Below, piece after piece: positions 20,684-33,523 of a DNA stretch of 64,000 nt. Position 1 is the stretch's first letter. Each line of letters starts with the position of its first letter. Made by a program: the position numbers and the translations under genes. Origin of the DNA: Candidatus Eiseniibacteriota bacterium (lineage in GTDB: Bacteria; Eisenbacteria; RBG-16-71-46; CAZAMP01). The stretch spans positions 768,001-832,000 of the forward strand of contig OZ245046.1 in assembly GCA_965224245.1 (NCBI GenBank), written 5' to 3'. The notes beneath the pieces were generated by a model. It ran no database searches. It was not told the origin of the DNA and saw nothing but the letters and a program-made list of their open reading frames with translations.

Positions 20684-21246
20684 GCGACCCCGTGGCCATC
20701 CACGTCGGTGGGCGGCTGCGCCGCCTCCGTCTGGCCAAGGCGATGACGCTGATGGACCTCCAGAGCGCCGCGGGGGTCAGCACCGCGCACATCTCCGAGA
20801 TCGAGCGCGGCCACACGTCCCCGACCATCTTCACGCTCGAACGCATCGCGACCGCGCTCGGCATCGACGTGGCCGAGCTCCTGTCGCCCGAGCGAGACGA
20901 GCCGGTGGCCGTCGTGCGAGGCGCCGATCGAACGACCGTGGCGATTGCCGACGGCGTCGTGATGGAGCCGCTCTCCACCGGTCGCCGGACGACGTCGCTC
21001 AGCGCGTTCCACGTCCGACTGGCTCCCCGGGCATGCGCACGGCCGCGACCGGGACGGCACTACGGCGAGGAGATCGTCGAGATGGAATCGGGCCGGCTGT
21101 TGGTCCGCTCGGCCTCGGACGTCATCGATCTGGCGGGCGAGGATGCGGTCCACATCCTGTCCGAGGGTGCGCTGGAGTTCGAGAACCCGGCTGACGACCG
21201 CGAGGCGCACGCCGTGTGGATCACGGCGCCGGCGCTGGTCTGGTGA
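20680..21246 (+). CDS. XRE-family HTH plus cupin regulator (PuuR-like), copy 1
   Basis: HISEIERGHTSPTI HTH, HYGEE cupin motif; GTGA overlap with speB. Confidence 0.85.
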   Translation: MSDPVAIHVGGRLRRLRLAKAMTLMDLQSAAGVSTAHISEIERGHTSPTIFTLERIATALGIDVAELLSPERDEPVAVVRGADRTTVAIADGVVMEPLSTGRRTTSLSAFHVRLAPRACARPRPGRHYGEEIVEMESGRLLVRSASDVIDLAGEDAVHILSEGALEFENPADDREAHAVWITAPALVW

Positions 21247-21779
21247 CGCGCGCCGACCGCGATCAGCTCGGCGCGCGCATTCGTGCCGAGCGAAAGCGAC
21301 TCTCGCGCACGCTGAAGGACGTCGAGCGGGAATCGGGACTCTCGTCCACCCACATCTCGGAGATCGAGCGCGGCAAGAGCTCGCCGACCATCGGCGCGCT
21401 CGTGCGCATCGCACACGCGCTGGGGGTCGATCCCGCCGAGCTCCTGGAGGCCGAGCCACGCCGCCGTGTGGTCGTCGTTCGCGGGGACGATCGCGGCGTG
21501 GGTCGCCCGGCCACCGTGCGACCGCTCGGCTCCGGCGTGCGCGGCGGACACCTGCGCTTCGCCCACGTGACCCTGCTCGACGACGAGCCCGTGGTGTTCC
21601 GCGAGGTACCGGAGCTGTGCGCGATCGTCCGGACCGGCGATCTGATCTACGAGCTCGGGGAGCGCCGCGAGCGACTCGGTGCCGGCGATGCGGTTCACGC
21701 GGTGGGTGTGGGCGCGCACACGTTTCGGCGGGGGACCACGAGCGACACGCGACTCACGCTGGTCTACGTCCGGACGTAG
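21243..21779 (+). CDS. XRE-family HTH plus cupin regulator, copy 2
   Basis: HISEIERGKSSPTI HTH, LGAGDAV...HTFR cupin; GTGA overlap. Confidence 0.85.
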   Translation: MTRADRDQLGARIRAERKRLSRTLKDVERESGLSSTHISEIERGKSSPTIGALVRIAHALGVDPAELLEAEPRRRVVVVRGDDRGVGRPATVRPLGSGVRGGHLRFAHVTLLDDEPVVFREVPELCAIVRTGDLIYELGERRERLGAGDAVHAVGVGAHTFRRGTTSDTRLTLVYVRT

Positions 21780-21795
21780 CGGCGATCCCTCGCGG

Positions 21796-22656
21796 CTAGT
21801 CCGGATCCCGGGACGACGCGTCGCCCACGCGCTCGCGCCGCTTGGCGTCGTCCCACAACGCGTCCATCTCCTCCAGCGTGACGTCCTCCGGGCGCCGCCC
21901 CGCTCGTGCCAGCTCGCGCTCGACGTGGCGGAAGCGCTCGTAGAATCGCCGGTTGGTCCCGCGAAGGGCCGCCTCGGGGTCGATCGCGAGAAAGCGCGCG
22001 ACGTTGGTGACCGCGAACAGGAGGTCGCCGATCTCGGCGCGGATGTCCGCGCCCGCGGCGCGGCTCTCTCGCGATTCCGCGGCGACGCCGTCACGGAGCT
22101 CGTCGGTCTCCTCGCGCACCTTTTCGAGAGCGCCGTCGACCGATGGGAAGTCGAAGCCGACGGCCGCGGCGCGTTCCTGCATCCGAAACGCCGCGAGCAG
22201 CGCCGGCCTCGAGCGCTCGAAGCGGCCCAGGACGCTCGCCGCGTCGGCGGCGTCCCCGTCGGACTGCTCCTCACGCTTGGCGCGCTGCCAGCTCTCGCGA
22301 GCCACCCGCTGGTCCTGCGACGGTGAGTCGCCGAACACGTGCGGATGTCGCCTGACCAGCTTCTCCACGGTCCCGTCCACGATCACGTCGAGCGTTCCGA
22401 TGGACTCGGTCTCGGCCGCATGCAACGCGAAGACGGTCACGAACAGGAGGTCGCCCAGCTCCTCGCGGATGTCGGCGGCGGTGCCGGACGCGATGGCGTC
22501 CAGGACCTCGTGGACCTCCTCGAGGAGATAGGGCGTGAGCGTGCGAAGCGTCTGGGCCCGATCCCACGAGCAGCCGTCCTGGCCGCGCAGGCGTTCACAG
22601 AGCGCCAGCATGCGGCCGACCACGTGCCCGCGCCGGCCGAACGGAGTGTCGTACAT
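21796..22656 (-). CDS. mazG: Nucleoside triphosphate pyrophosphohydrolase MazG
   Basis: GCSWDRAQT, EELGDLL, KLVRRHPHVFG, EIGDLLF, two MazG domains. Confidence 0.95.
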   Translation of the reverse strand: MYDTPFGRRGHVVGRMLALCERLRGQDGCSWDRAQTLRTLTPYLLEEVHEVLDAIASGTAADIREELGDLLFVTVFALHAAETESIGTLDVIVDGTVEKLVRRHPHVFGDSPSQDQRVARESWQRAKREEQSDGDAADAASVLGRFERSRPALLAAFRMQERAAAVGFDFPSVDGALEKVREETDELRDGVAAESRESRAAGADIRAEIGDLLFAVTNVARFLAIDPEAALRGTNRRFYERFRHVERELARAGRRPEDVTLEEMDALWDDAKRRERVGDASSRDPD

Positions 22657-22741
22657 GAGGCGAGTGTAGGGTGCCGGCGCGACCGAGACCAGCGTTCTCG
22701 GGGCGGTGCGATGGATGCCCGCGATGTGATATATCTCGCGC

Positions 22742-23901
<1,160 letters not shown>

Positions 23902-23905
<4 letters not shown>

Positions 23906-24345
23906 TCGAGGCGACCCGCGCCGCGCTCGACGACGCCGACCGCGCGCTGATCGCGGCGGCCGAGCGTGCCCGCGAGCGGGCCCACGCGCCCTACTCGGGG
24001 TTCCGGGTCGGGGCGGCGGTTCGCGGCGAGGGCGGTCGCGTCGTGTCCGGCTGTAACGTCGAGAACGCGACGTTCGGGCTCACCCTGTGCGCCGAGCGCG
24101 TCGCCGTGTTCGCGGCGATCGCCGAGGGGCTCGCGTCGCTCGAGGCGCTCGCGGTCGTGGTGGCGCCCGATCAACCGGCCTTGCCCTGCGGCATCTGTCG
24201 CGAGATGCTGCGTGAGTTCGCGCCGGCGGTGCGGGTGATCCTCTCGGGTCGGGGTGATGCGGTGAGGGTCGCGAGCGTGGGGGAGCTCATCGCGGGCTCA
24301 CCGGACGCATCAACGGGTGAGAGCGGGGGAGGCCGTTCGTCATGA
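23902..24345 (+). CDS. cdd: Cytidine deaminase
   Basis: [27 protein letters not shown]. Confidence 0.95.
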
Positions 24346-25361
24346 CCCATCACCACCGGGACGCACCGATCGGAGCCGACGTGACCGCGCACGAGGTCGA
24401 GGAGATCGTGCGCCGCGTGCTCGCCCGCCTCGACGTCGGCCCTCCGCGCGCACCACACCTTCTCGGCGACCGTTCTCGGGGACACGCCGACCTTCCACCG
24501 GAGCTCCGCGGAACCTACGCGGGTCGGTGGGAGGAGCCCACCGACGACGCGGTGGGCGTGGTCAGTCCCGTCACGGGGCCCGACGCCGGGCGCTGTCTCG
24601 GCTGCCGTCTGCCCGGTGCCTGTGCCTGGGTGTGCCCGGCGACCACGCGACGCGTGCTCCAGGAGGGCGCCGATCGCGTCGGGGCGAGCCTGGGCGCCGA
24701 GGCCACGTCCCTCTCGGTCGCACGCCGCATCGATCACACGCTTCTCGCGGCCAACGCCACCCGGGGCGCGGTCGATCGGCTGTGCGACGAGGCGCTGCGG
24801 TACCGGTTCGCCACCGTCTGCGTCAACGGCCACTGGGTTCCCCGCGTCGCCGAGCGCCTCGCGGGCTCGGAAGTGGACGTGTGCGCCGTGGTCGGGTTTC
24901 CCCTGGGCGCCACGTTTCCCGAGGTCAAGGCGGCGGAGGCGCGGCAAGCCGTTCGCGACGGCGCGGCCGAGATCGACATGGTCATGCAGATCGGCGCGCT
25001 GAAGTCGCGCGATCACGCGCTGGTGTCTCGTGACATCCGCGCGGTGGTGTCGGCCGTCGGCGTTCCGGTCAAGGTCATCCTGGAGACGGCGCTTCTGACC
25101 GACGAGGAGAAGGTCGAGGCGTGTGTGCTGGCCAAGGCGGCGGGGGCGGCGTTCGTGAAGACGTCCACCGGCTTCGGGCCGTCGGGCGCGACGGTCGAGG
25201 ACGTGCGCCTGATGCGCCGCGTCGTGGGGGGCGACGTCGGGGTGAAGGCGTCCGGCGGCGTCCGCTCGGCCGACCAGGCTCAGGCCATGATCGAGGCCGG
25301 CGCCACGCGCATCGGCGCCAGCGCCTCGATCGCCATCCTCGGGGGACCGAACCTGACGTGA
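24342..25361 (+). CDS. deoC: Deoxyribose-phosphate aldolase with a ~120-aa N-terminal extension
   Basis: [43 protein letters not shown]. Confidence 0.95.
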   Translation: MTHHHRDAPIGADVTAHEVEEIVRRVLARLDVGPPRAPHLLGDRSRGHADLPPELRGTYAGRWEEPTDDAVGVVSPVTGPDAGRCLGCRLPGACAWVCPATTRRVLQEGADRVGASLGAEATSLSVARRIDHTLLAANATRGAVDRLCDEALRYRFATVCVNGHWVPRVAERLAGSEVDVCAVVGFPLGATFPEVKAAEARQAVRDGAAEIDMVMQIGALKSRDHALVSRDIRAVVSAVGVPVKVILETALLTDEEKVEACVLAKAAGAAFVKTSTGFGPSGATVEDVRLMRRVVGGDVGVKASGGVRSADQAQAMIEAGATRIGASASIAILGGPNLT

Positions 25362-26704
25362 ACGCCGTCCGACTGATCATCCGAAAGCGCCGGGGCGAGG
25401 AGCTGACCCCGGACGACATCGGGAGCCTCGTGTCCGCGTACGCGGGAGGTGACGTCCCCGACTACCAGATGTCGGCGTTTCTGATGGCCGTGCTCTGGCG
25501 CGGCATGACCGACGGCGAGACGGTGGCGCTGACCCGCGCCATGATCGACTCGGGCACCGTCATCACCTACCCCGATCTTCACCCCACCGTGGACAAGCAC
25601 TCCACCGGCGGGGTCGGCGACAAGGTCTCGATTGTTCTGGCGCCGCTGGCGGCGGCCTGCGACGTGTACGTGCCCATGCTGTCGGGACGGGGGCTCGGGC
25701 ACACCGGCGGCACGCTCGACAAGCTCGAGTCGATCCCGGGGTTCGTCACCGACCTCGACACCGAGCGCTTTCAGCGCATCCTGCGCGACGTGGGCTGCGT
25801 CATGGGCGGCCAGAGCGCCGACCTGGCGCCGGCGGACGGGAAGATCTACGCGCTCCGCGACGCCACGGGCACGGTCGAGTCGCCGCCGTTGATCGTGTCC
25901 AGCATCCTGTCCAAGAAGATCGCCGCCGGACCCGAGTCGCTGGTGTTCGACGTGAAGGTGGGACGCGGCGCCTTCATGCCGACGCGCCGCGCCGCCTCGG
26001 ACCTCGCCCAGCGACTGGTTCGGACCGGCGCCGCGTTCGGGAAGCCGATCCTCGCGTTCGTCACGAACATGGACGTGCCGCTGGGCCGCGGAATCGGCAA
26101 TGCGATCGAGGTCGTCGAGTGTCTGGACATGCTCGAGCGCCGTCCGGTGAGCGAGGATCTGGCCATGCTGACGACCCTCCTCGCCTCCGCGATGCTCGTC
26201 ACGTCGGGTCGCGCCCCGACGCTCGTCGAGGCTCGCGAGGAGGTCGAGTCGGGTCTGGCGTCGGGGCGGGCCGCCGAGCGGTTCGAGCGGCTCGTGCGCG
26301 CGCACGGCGGCGACGCCGCTGCGCTCGATCGCCGCGCGCTGCCGGCGGCCGAGCGCACGATCCGGGTCGCGAGCCCGGCCGCCGGTGTCGTGGCCGACGT
26401 GGATCCGTTCGCGCTGGCCACGCTCGTCACCGACCTCGGAGGCGGGCGGCGCGTGATGTCCGACGCGATCGATCCGGCCGTGGGGATCTGGCTCGATGCG
26501 CGCCCCGGCGATCACGTCGGGCGAGGAGACGCACTCGCGACCGTTCACGTCAACGGATCGTGGGACGAGTCCGAGCTGGGGGAGCACGTTCGTCGTGCGT
26601 TTCGGATCGACGAAGACGCGCCGCGCAGCGAGCTGGTGTACGAGGTCGTGGGACCTCGTGGCCGTGTGCCCTGGTCGGGCTGGGAGACCGCGCTCCCCCT
26701 GTGA
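25358..26704 (+). CDS. pdp: Pyrimidine-nucleoside / thymidine phosphorylase
   Basis: [42 protein letters not shown]. Confidence 0.95.
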   Translation: MNAVRLIIRKRRGEELTPDDIGSLVSAYAGGDVPDYQMSAFLMAVLWRGMTDGETVALTRAMIDSGTVITYPDLHPTVDKHSTGGVGDKVSIVLAPLAAACDVYVPMLSGRGLGHTGGTLDKLESIPGFVTDLDTERFQRILRDVGCVMGGQSADLAPADGKIYALRDATGTVESPPLIVSSILSKKIAAGPESLVFDVKVGRGAFMPTRRAASDLAQRLVRTGAAFGKPILAFVTNMDVPLGRGIGNAIEVVECLDMLERRPVSEDLAMLTTLLASAMLVTSGRAPTLVEAREEVESGLASGRAAERFERLVRAHGGDAAALDRRALPAAERTIRVASPAAGVVADVDPFALATLVTDLGGGRRVMSDAIDPAVGIWLDARPGDHVGRGDALATVHVNGSWDESELGEHVRRAFRIDEDAPRSELVYEVVGPRGRVPWSGWETALPL

Positions 26705-26731
26705 TCGTGCGCCCGCGCGGGCGACCCCGAC

Positions 26732-28810
26732 CTAGCGCGGGCGGCGGCGTGCCGGTCGCACGGGATCGCGGACGTCGCGATCGGCGCGTCGCATCGGCGC
26801 CTCGCCCAGGTCGTCGTACTCCTCGTGGTACGGGCAGGGCAGGGTCGGCTCGGTCCCTTCGATGAAGACCTCGTCGACCGTCTCCGGACAGTACGGCGTC
26901 GCCAGACGCGCGGTCTCCACGCACATCTTCACCACGACGACCGACTTGGGTACCGCGAACGGCGCCGGCGACGCACCGTCGCCGGCGGCCTTCATGACGT
27001 CGGTCCACACGGGGAGCGCACACTGGGCGCCGGTCATGCCCTTGCCGATCGGCGAGTGCTGGTCGAAGCCCACCCAGACGCCACACAGGAGATCGTCGTT
27101 GAAGCCCACGAACCACGCATCGGTGTAGTCGTCGGTGGTGCCGGTCTTGCCCGCACAGTCACCCTCGAGGCCGTAGCGCCTGGCGCGCTGTCCGGTCCCG
27201 TGGTCGATGACGCTCTTCATCAGATCGGCGGTCACGTAGGCCACGCGCTCGTCGAGGGCCTCGCGTGTCTCGGCGACGTGTCGGAACAGCGAATGACCCG
27301 CCCGATCCTCGATCCGTTCGATCATGTACGGTCGCGTGTAGATGCCCCGGTTGGCGAACGGGCCGTATGCGCCCGTCAGCTCGAGGAGCGACACCTCGCC
27401 GGTTCCGAGCGCCAGCGACAGGACGCGCGGGAGCGGGCTCTCGATCCCCATCTGATGCGCGGTCGCGATGACCTGGTCGAGTCCGACGTCCTCCATCAGC
27501 AACACCGACGGGATGTTGATCGAGTGTGCCAGGGCTTCCCGGAGCGTCACCACGCCACGGAACGTCTTGGAGAAGTTCGTGGGCTCCCAGCGGTCGCCGT
27601 TGGGCAGGAAGCGAACGATGGCGGCATCGATGAGCGTGTCGCTGACCCGCCTCCCATCGGCCACCGCGGTGGCGAACACGAACGGCTTGAACGCCGAGCC
27701 GGGCTGGCGGCGTGCCTGGATCGCGCGGTTGAACTCGCTCTCGTCGAAGTCTCGTCCCCCGACCAGTGCCCGGATGGCGCCGGTCCTCGGGTCCAGCGCC
27801 ACGACGGCGCCCTGGAGACGGGACGTGCTCGGGGCGTCAATCGAGTCGGCCTCCAGGTAGTCGTACCGGTTCTCGCGCTCGAGAAACGCCAGCTGCCGCT
27901 CGAGACTCTCCTCGGCGACGTGCTGCAGATCGGGATCGAGCGTGGTGACCACCTTGAGACCCCCTTCGTAGGTGGTCTCGCCTCCATAGTCCTCGAGCAG
28001 GCGCTGCCGGATCGTCTCGGTGAAGTAGGGCGCGCGCTGGCCGTCTCGTGACGCGTGGCGCCCCGTGACGCGCAACGTCTCCGCGACCGCGGCCTCGTAG
28101 CGCCCCCTCGTGATCTTGCCCGTCGAGAGCATCGCGGCCAGGACGACGTTGCGGCGGCCGGTGGCGTTGTCGGGATGACGGACCGGCGAGTAGCGCGCGG
28201 GGTGTTTGGGAATGCCGGCGAGCACCGCGGCCTCGGCCAGGTCCAGATCCGCGGCCGACTTCCCGAAGAAGTACCGCGAGGCGGTCTCGACGCCGTAGAC
28301 GTCACCGAAGTAGATCTCGTTCATGTACAGCTCGAGGATCTCGTCCTTCGAGAACGAGCGCTCGAGCCGCAGCGTCATGACGAGCTCCTTGAGCTTTCGC
28401 GACAGCGTCTGCTCGTGGGTCAGAAAGAGGTTCCAGGCGAGCTGCTGGGTGATCGTGCTCCCGCCCTGGAGGCGCCTCCCACGGCTCCGGAGGTTGTTCA
28501 TGGCCGCCCGGACCAGCCCGAAGGGGTCCACGCCCCAGTGCTGATAGAACTTCCGGTCCTCGATGGCGATGATCGCGTTGATCAAATCCGGCGTGACCTC
28601 GTGCAGGTGAACCGTCCGGCGGTCCTCGCGCGAGAGCGTGGCCGCGAGCTCGCCGTTGGCGTCGTAGATCTCGGTCCGGACCGATGTCTCGACGTTCCGT
28701 ACCGTCGAGAGCGACGGCAGCTCGTCACCGCACCAGACGTGCACGCCGACGAGACCGCCGAGCAGGGCCAGCGTGGCTCCGATCACGCCGATGATGAACG
28801 AGCGCAGCAT
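26732..28810 (-). CDS. Class A penicillin-binding protein (PBP1A family)
   Basis: EDRKFYQHWG, GGSTITQQL, RKLKE, RQPGSAFK, SIN, GKTGTT; N-terminal TM anchor. Confidence 0.95.
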   Translation of the reverse strand: MLRSFIIGVIGATLALLGGLVGVHVWCGDELPSLSTVRNVETSVRTEIYDANGELAATLSREDRRTVHLHEVTPDLINAIIAIEDRKFYQHWGVDPFGLVRAAMNNLRSRGRRLQGGSTITQQLAWNLFLTHEQTLSRKLKELVMTLRLERSFSKDEILELYMNEIYFGDVYGVETASRYFFGKSAADLDLAEAAVLAGIPKHPARYSPVRHPDNATGRRNVVLAAMLSTGKITRGRYEAAVAETLRVTGRHASRDGQRAPYFTETIRQRLLEDYGGETTYEGGLKVVTTLDPDLQHVAEESLERQLAFLERENRYDYLEADSIDAPSTSRLQGAVVALDPRTGAIRALVGGRDFDESEFNRAIQARRQPGSAFKPFVFATAVADGRRVSDTLIDAAIVRFLPNGDRWEPTNFSKTFRGVVTLREALAHSINIPSVLLMEDVGLDQVIATAHQMGIESPLPRVLSLALGTGEVSLLELTGAYGPFANRGIYTRPYMIERIEDRAGHSLFRHVAETREALDERVAYVTADLMKSVIDHGTGQRARRYGLEGDCAGKTGTTDDYTDAWFVGFNDDLLCGVWVGFDQHSPIGKGMTGAQCALPVWTDVMKAAGDGASPAPFAVPKSVVVVKMCVETARLATPYCPETVDEVFIEGTEPTLPCPYHEEYDDLGEAPMRRADRDVRDPVRPARRRPR

Positions 28811-29022
28811 TTCGGATCTCTCCAACGCGGGTCCGGAGACCGGTGCCGGCAGGCCGTGGCAAGGAGGCAGGGCGCAGCTTAGGAGCCCCCGCCGACGTGG
28901 TCAACCATCGGACGCCGGGTCCGGGTTCCTTCGAGCTGAGGGGCCATCGGGGGCAGGGGATCCCCCCGCTGGATCGGAGTCGACTTGATTACAACGACTT
29001 GCGCGAATTCGTATTTCGCCGG

Positions 29023-29053
29023 TTGACGGCCGGAGGCGGGGCGCGCTATCAAT
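29023..29053 (+). promoter_or_regulatory. Candidate upstream rrn promoter (P1)
   Basis: TTGACG followed ~18 nt later by TATCAAT. Confidence 0.4.
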
Positions 29054-29175
29054 CCCGCCCTTCGTGCTGGCCGCGATCCGTCGCGGGCCGGCCCCGCCGC
29101 TGCCGGAGGCGCCAGGAGCGCCCTCGGAGCGCGGCTCGGACCGCCGGGAGGGGGCAAAAAAGCACGAAAAGTTGT

Positions 29176-29204
29176 TTGACCGGGTCTGGGCCCTTTGATA
29201 GAGT
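29176..29204 (+). promoter_or_regulatory. rrn promoter (P2)
   Basis: TTGACC-N17-TAGAGT with extended -10 TG and an A-rich UP-like tract upstream. Confidence 0.75.
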
Positions 29205-29219
29205 CCGGCTCCGTTGCTC

Positions 29220-29264
29220 TCGATGGGAGGTTTTTCCGTCGATGGCGCCTGTTCTTTGAAAATT
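29220..29264 (+). promoter_or_regulatory. rrn leader antitermination boxB hairpin plus boxA
   Basis: Hairpin TCGATGGGA/TTCCGTCGA then TGTTCTTTGAAAATT; the same boxA recurs at 31381. Confidence 0.7.
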
Positions 29265-29395
29265 GAATAGTGTGTGCTTGTGTGAGCGCTGACAGTTCCT
29301 GTCCGCTCGCCGCCGGAAACGGTTGCGAGAGGGCAGTTTCAATTCGAACGACTCCAGTTCGAACTTTCCTTTGGAAGTATATGACTTTCATATAT

Positions 29396-30958
<1,563 letters not shown>

Positions 30959-31102
30959 ATCACGATCGGACAGACCGTCATCGGCACTGTCCCGATCCAG
31001 TCCTAGGTCGATCTGTCAGCCTTACCTCGCACACACTATTCTTCTCTTCGTCAGCTCAATTGAGCGGCCTGGGTCCAGTTTTTGACACAGGTCAGTGTGA
31101 CT

Positions 31103-31179
<77 letters not shown>

Positions 31180-31213
31180 ATCATTCGGCCGCGTTCGCGG
31201 CCATCGGATTGCT

Positions 31214-31289
31214 GGGGATATAGCTCAATTGGGAGAGCGCCGGCTTTGCAAGCCGGAGGTTACCGGTTCGATCCCGGTTATCTCCACCA
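31214..31289 (+). tRNA. tRNA-Ala (TGC)
   Basis: GGGGATA...TTTGCAA...GTTCGATCC...TATCTCCACCA with the G3:U70 identity pair. Confidence 0.97.
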
Positions 31290-31380
31290 TCTGATTCAGG
31301 GTGGGCGGCGAAGAGATCATAACGATCTCGGTGCGAATGACGTCTCACGTCAGCTTCCTCCAGGAGAGGGAGTCCGACTC

Positions 31381-31394
31381 GTTCTTTGAAAATT
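31381..31394 (+). promoter_or_regulatory. Spacer boxA
   Basis: GTTCTTTGAAAATT, identical to the leader boxA. Confidence 0.7.
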
Positions 31395-31531
31395 CATGTT
31401 GGATACGCGGTCTTTGCGTCGCGTTGGTACACGTGCCCTCGTGGCACGTGACTGATGCCGAGCAAGAGCGTTGAGGTTACTCTAGAGTTTGGCCAAGCTA
31501 CTAAGGGCAAACGGGGGATGCCTTGGCGTCG

Positions 31532-31566
<35 letters not shown>

Positions 31567-33357
31567 CTCGGTGAGCTGCAACGAGCGTTGACCCGGGGAT
31601 GTCCGAATGGGGAAACCCGGCGGGAGTAATGTCCCGTCACTGCTGGCTGAACACATAGGCCAGACAGAGCCAACTGGGGGAACTGAAACATCTAAGTACC
31701 CCAAGGAAGAGAAAGCAACCGCGATTCCCTCAGTAGCGGCGAGCGAACGGGGAACAGCCTAAACCGATCACATGTCAAACCCGCCGGTGTTGTGGGATCG
31801 GTGTTGTGGGGCTCGATTGGACTCCACGGCGGTGGAGTCGGGAAGTCAGAAATCGTGTGTCTAGCCGAACCCTTCTGGAAAGTAGGACCATAGCGGGTGA
31901 CAGTCCCGTAGGCGAAAGGCGCACGACTTCCTGGATCGAGTACCCGAGTAGGGCCGGACACGTGAAATCCGGTTTGAACCTGGGAGGACCACCTTCCAAG
32001 GCTAAATACTCTCCGACGACCGATAGCGAACCAGTACCGTGAGGGAAAGGTGAAAAGCACCCCTGGAGGGGAGTGAAAAGTATCTGAAACCGTTTGCCTA
32101 CAAGCGGTCGGAGCACTTCGGTGTGACGGCGTGCCTTTTGCATAATGAGCCGGCGAGTTACTCGAGGCTAGCGAGGTTAAGTGGCTAAGCCACGGAGCCG
32201 TAGCGAAAGCGAGTCCTAACTGGGCGTTTAGTTAGTTTCGGTAGACCCGAAGCCAAGTGATCTAGCCATGGCCAGGTTGAAGCGTATGTAACAATACGTG
32301 GAGGACCGAACCAGACAGAGTTGAAAATCTGCTGGATGAGCTGTGGTTAGGGGTGAAAGGCCAATCAAACTTGGAGATAGCTGGTTCTCCCCGAAATGGA
32401 TTGAGGTCCAGCCTTGCGGAATTGTGTGGCGGAGGTAGAGCACTGAATGGGTTAGGGGCCCCACCAGGTTACCGACCCCAATCAAACTCCGAATTCCGTT
32501 CACATGTATCGCAGGAGTGAGGTCACGAGGGATAAGCTTCGTGCCCGAGAGGGAAACAACCCAGACCGCCAGTTAAGGCCCCCAAGTACAAGCTAAGTGG
32601 CTTTAAGGATGTGGGACTACACAGACAGCTAGGATGTTGGCTTAGAAGCAGCAACCATTTAAAGAGTGCGTAATAGCTCACTAGTCAAGTGGTCCTGCGC
32701 CGATAATACACGGGACTCAAGCTTGTCGCCGAAACTGCGGACTGTCGAGGCCTTCGGGCTCCGACTTTGGTAGGGGAGCGTTCTGTTGTAGGTTGAAGGT
32801 GTCTCGACGAGAGGCGCTGGACGAAACAGAAGTGATGATGCCGGCACGAGTAGCGATAAAGCAGGTGAGAAACCTGCTCACCGAAAACCCAAGGTTTCCT
32901 GAGCAAGGTTAATCCGCTCAGGGTTAGTCGGCCCCTTAGCCGAGGCCGAAAGGCGTAGGTGATGGGAAACGGGTCAACATTCCCGTACCACCTGACAACG
33001 TTTGACCGATGGGGTGACGCAGAAGTGAAAGGCCAGCCGGTTATTGGATTCCGGTCTAAGGGTGTAGGAAGGTGCTTTAGGTAAATCCGGAGCATCAATT
33101 CCGAGACCTGAATGGGAAACGAGCCTTCGGGCGAGCCAACTGGCCCTAAGCATGCTGCCGAGAAATAGCCTCTAGGGAGTTCGTCAGGTGACCGTACCGT
33201 AAACGGACACACGTAGGTGGGGTGAGTAACCTAAGGTGCTCGAGTGAATTCTAGCCAAGGAACTCGGCAAAATGTCCCCGTAACTTCGGGAGAAGGGGAA
33301 CCTTCTGAGGATAGTCCCTCGCGGACGAAAGTAGGAAGGTCGCAGAGAATCGGCCCA

Positions 33358-33389
<32 letters not shown>

Positions 33390-33485
33390 TAAGTCGACGA
33401 GACGACGTATAGGGTCTGACACCTGCCCGGTGCCGGAAAGTTAAGAGGAGGGGTTAGCCTTCGGGCGAAGCTCTGAATTGAAGCT

Positions 33486-33523
<38 letters not shown>

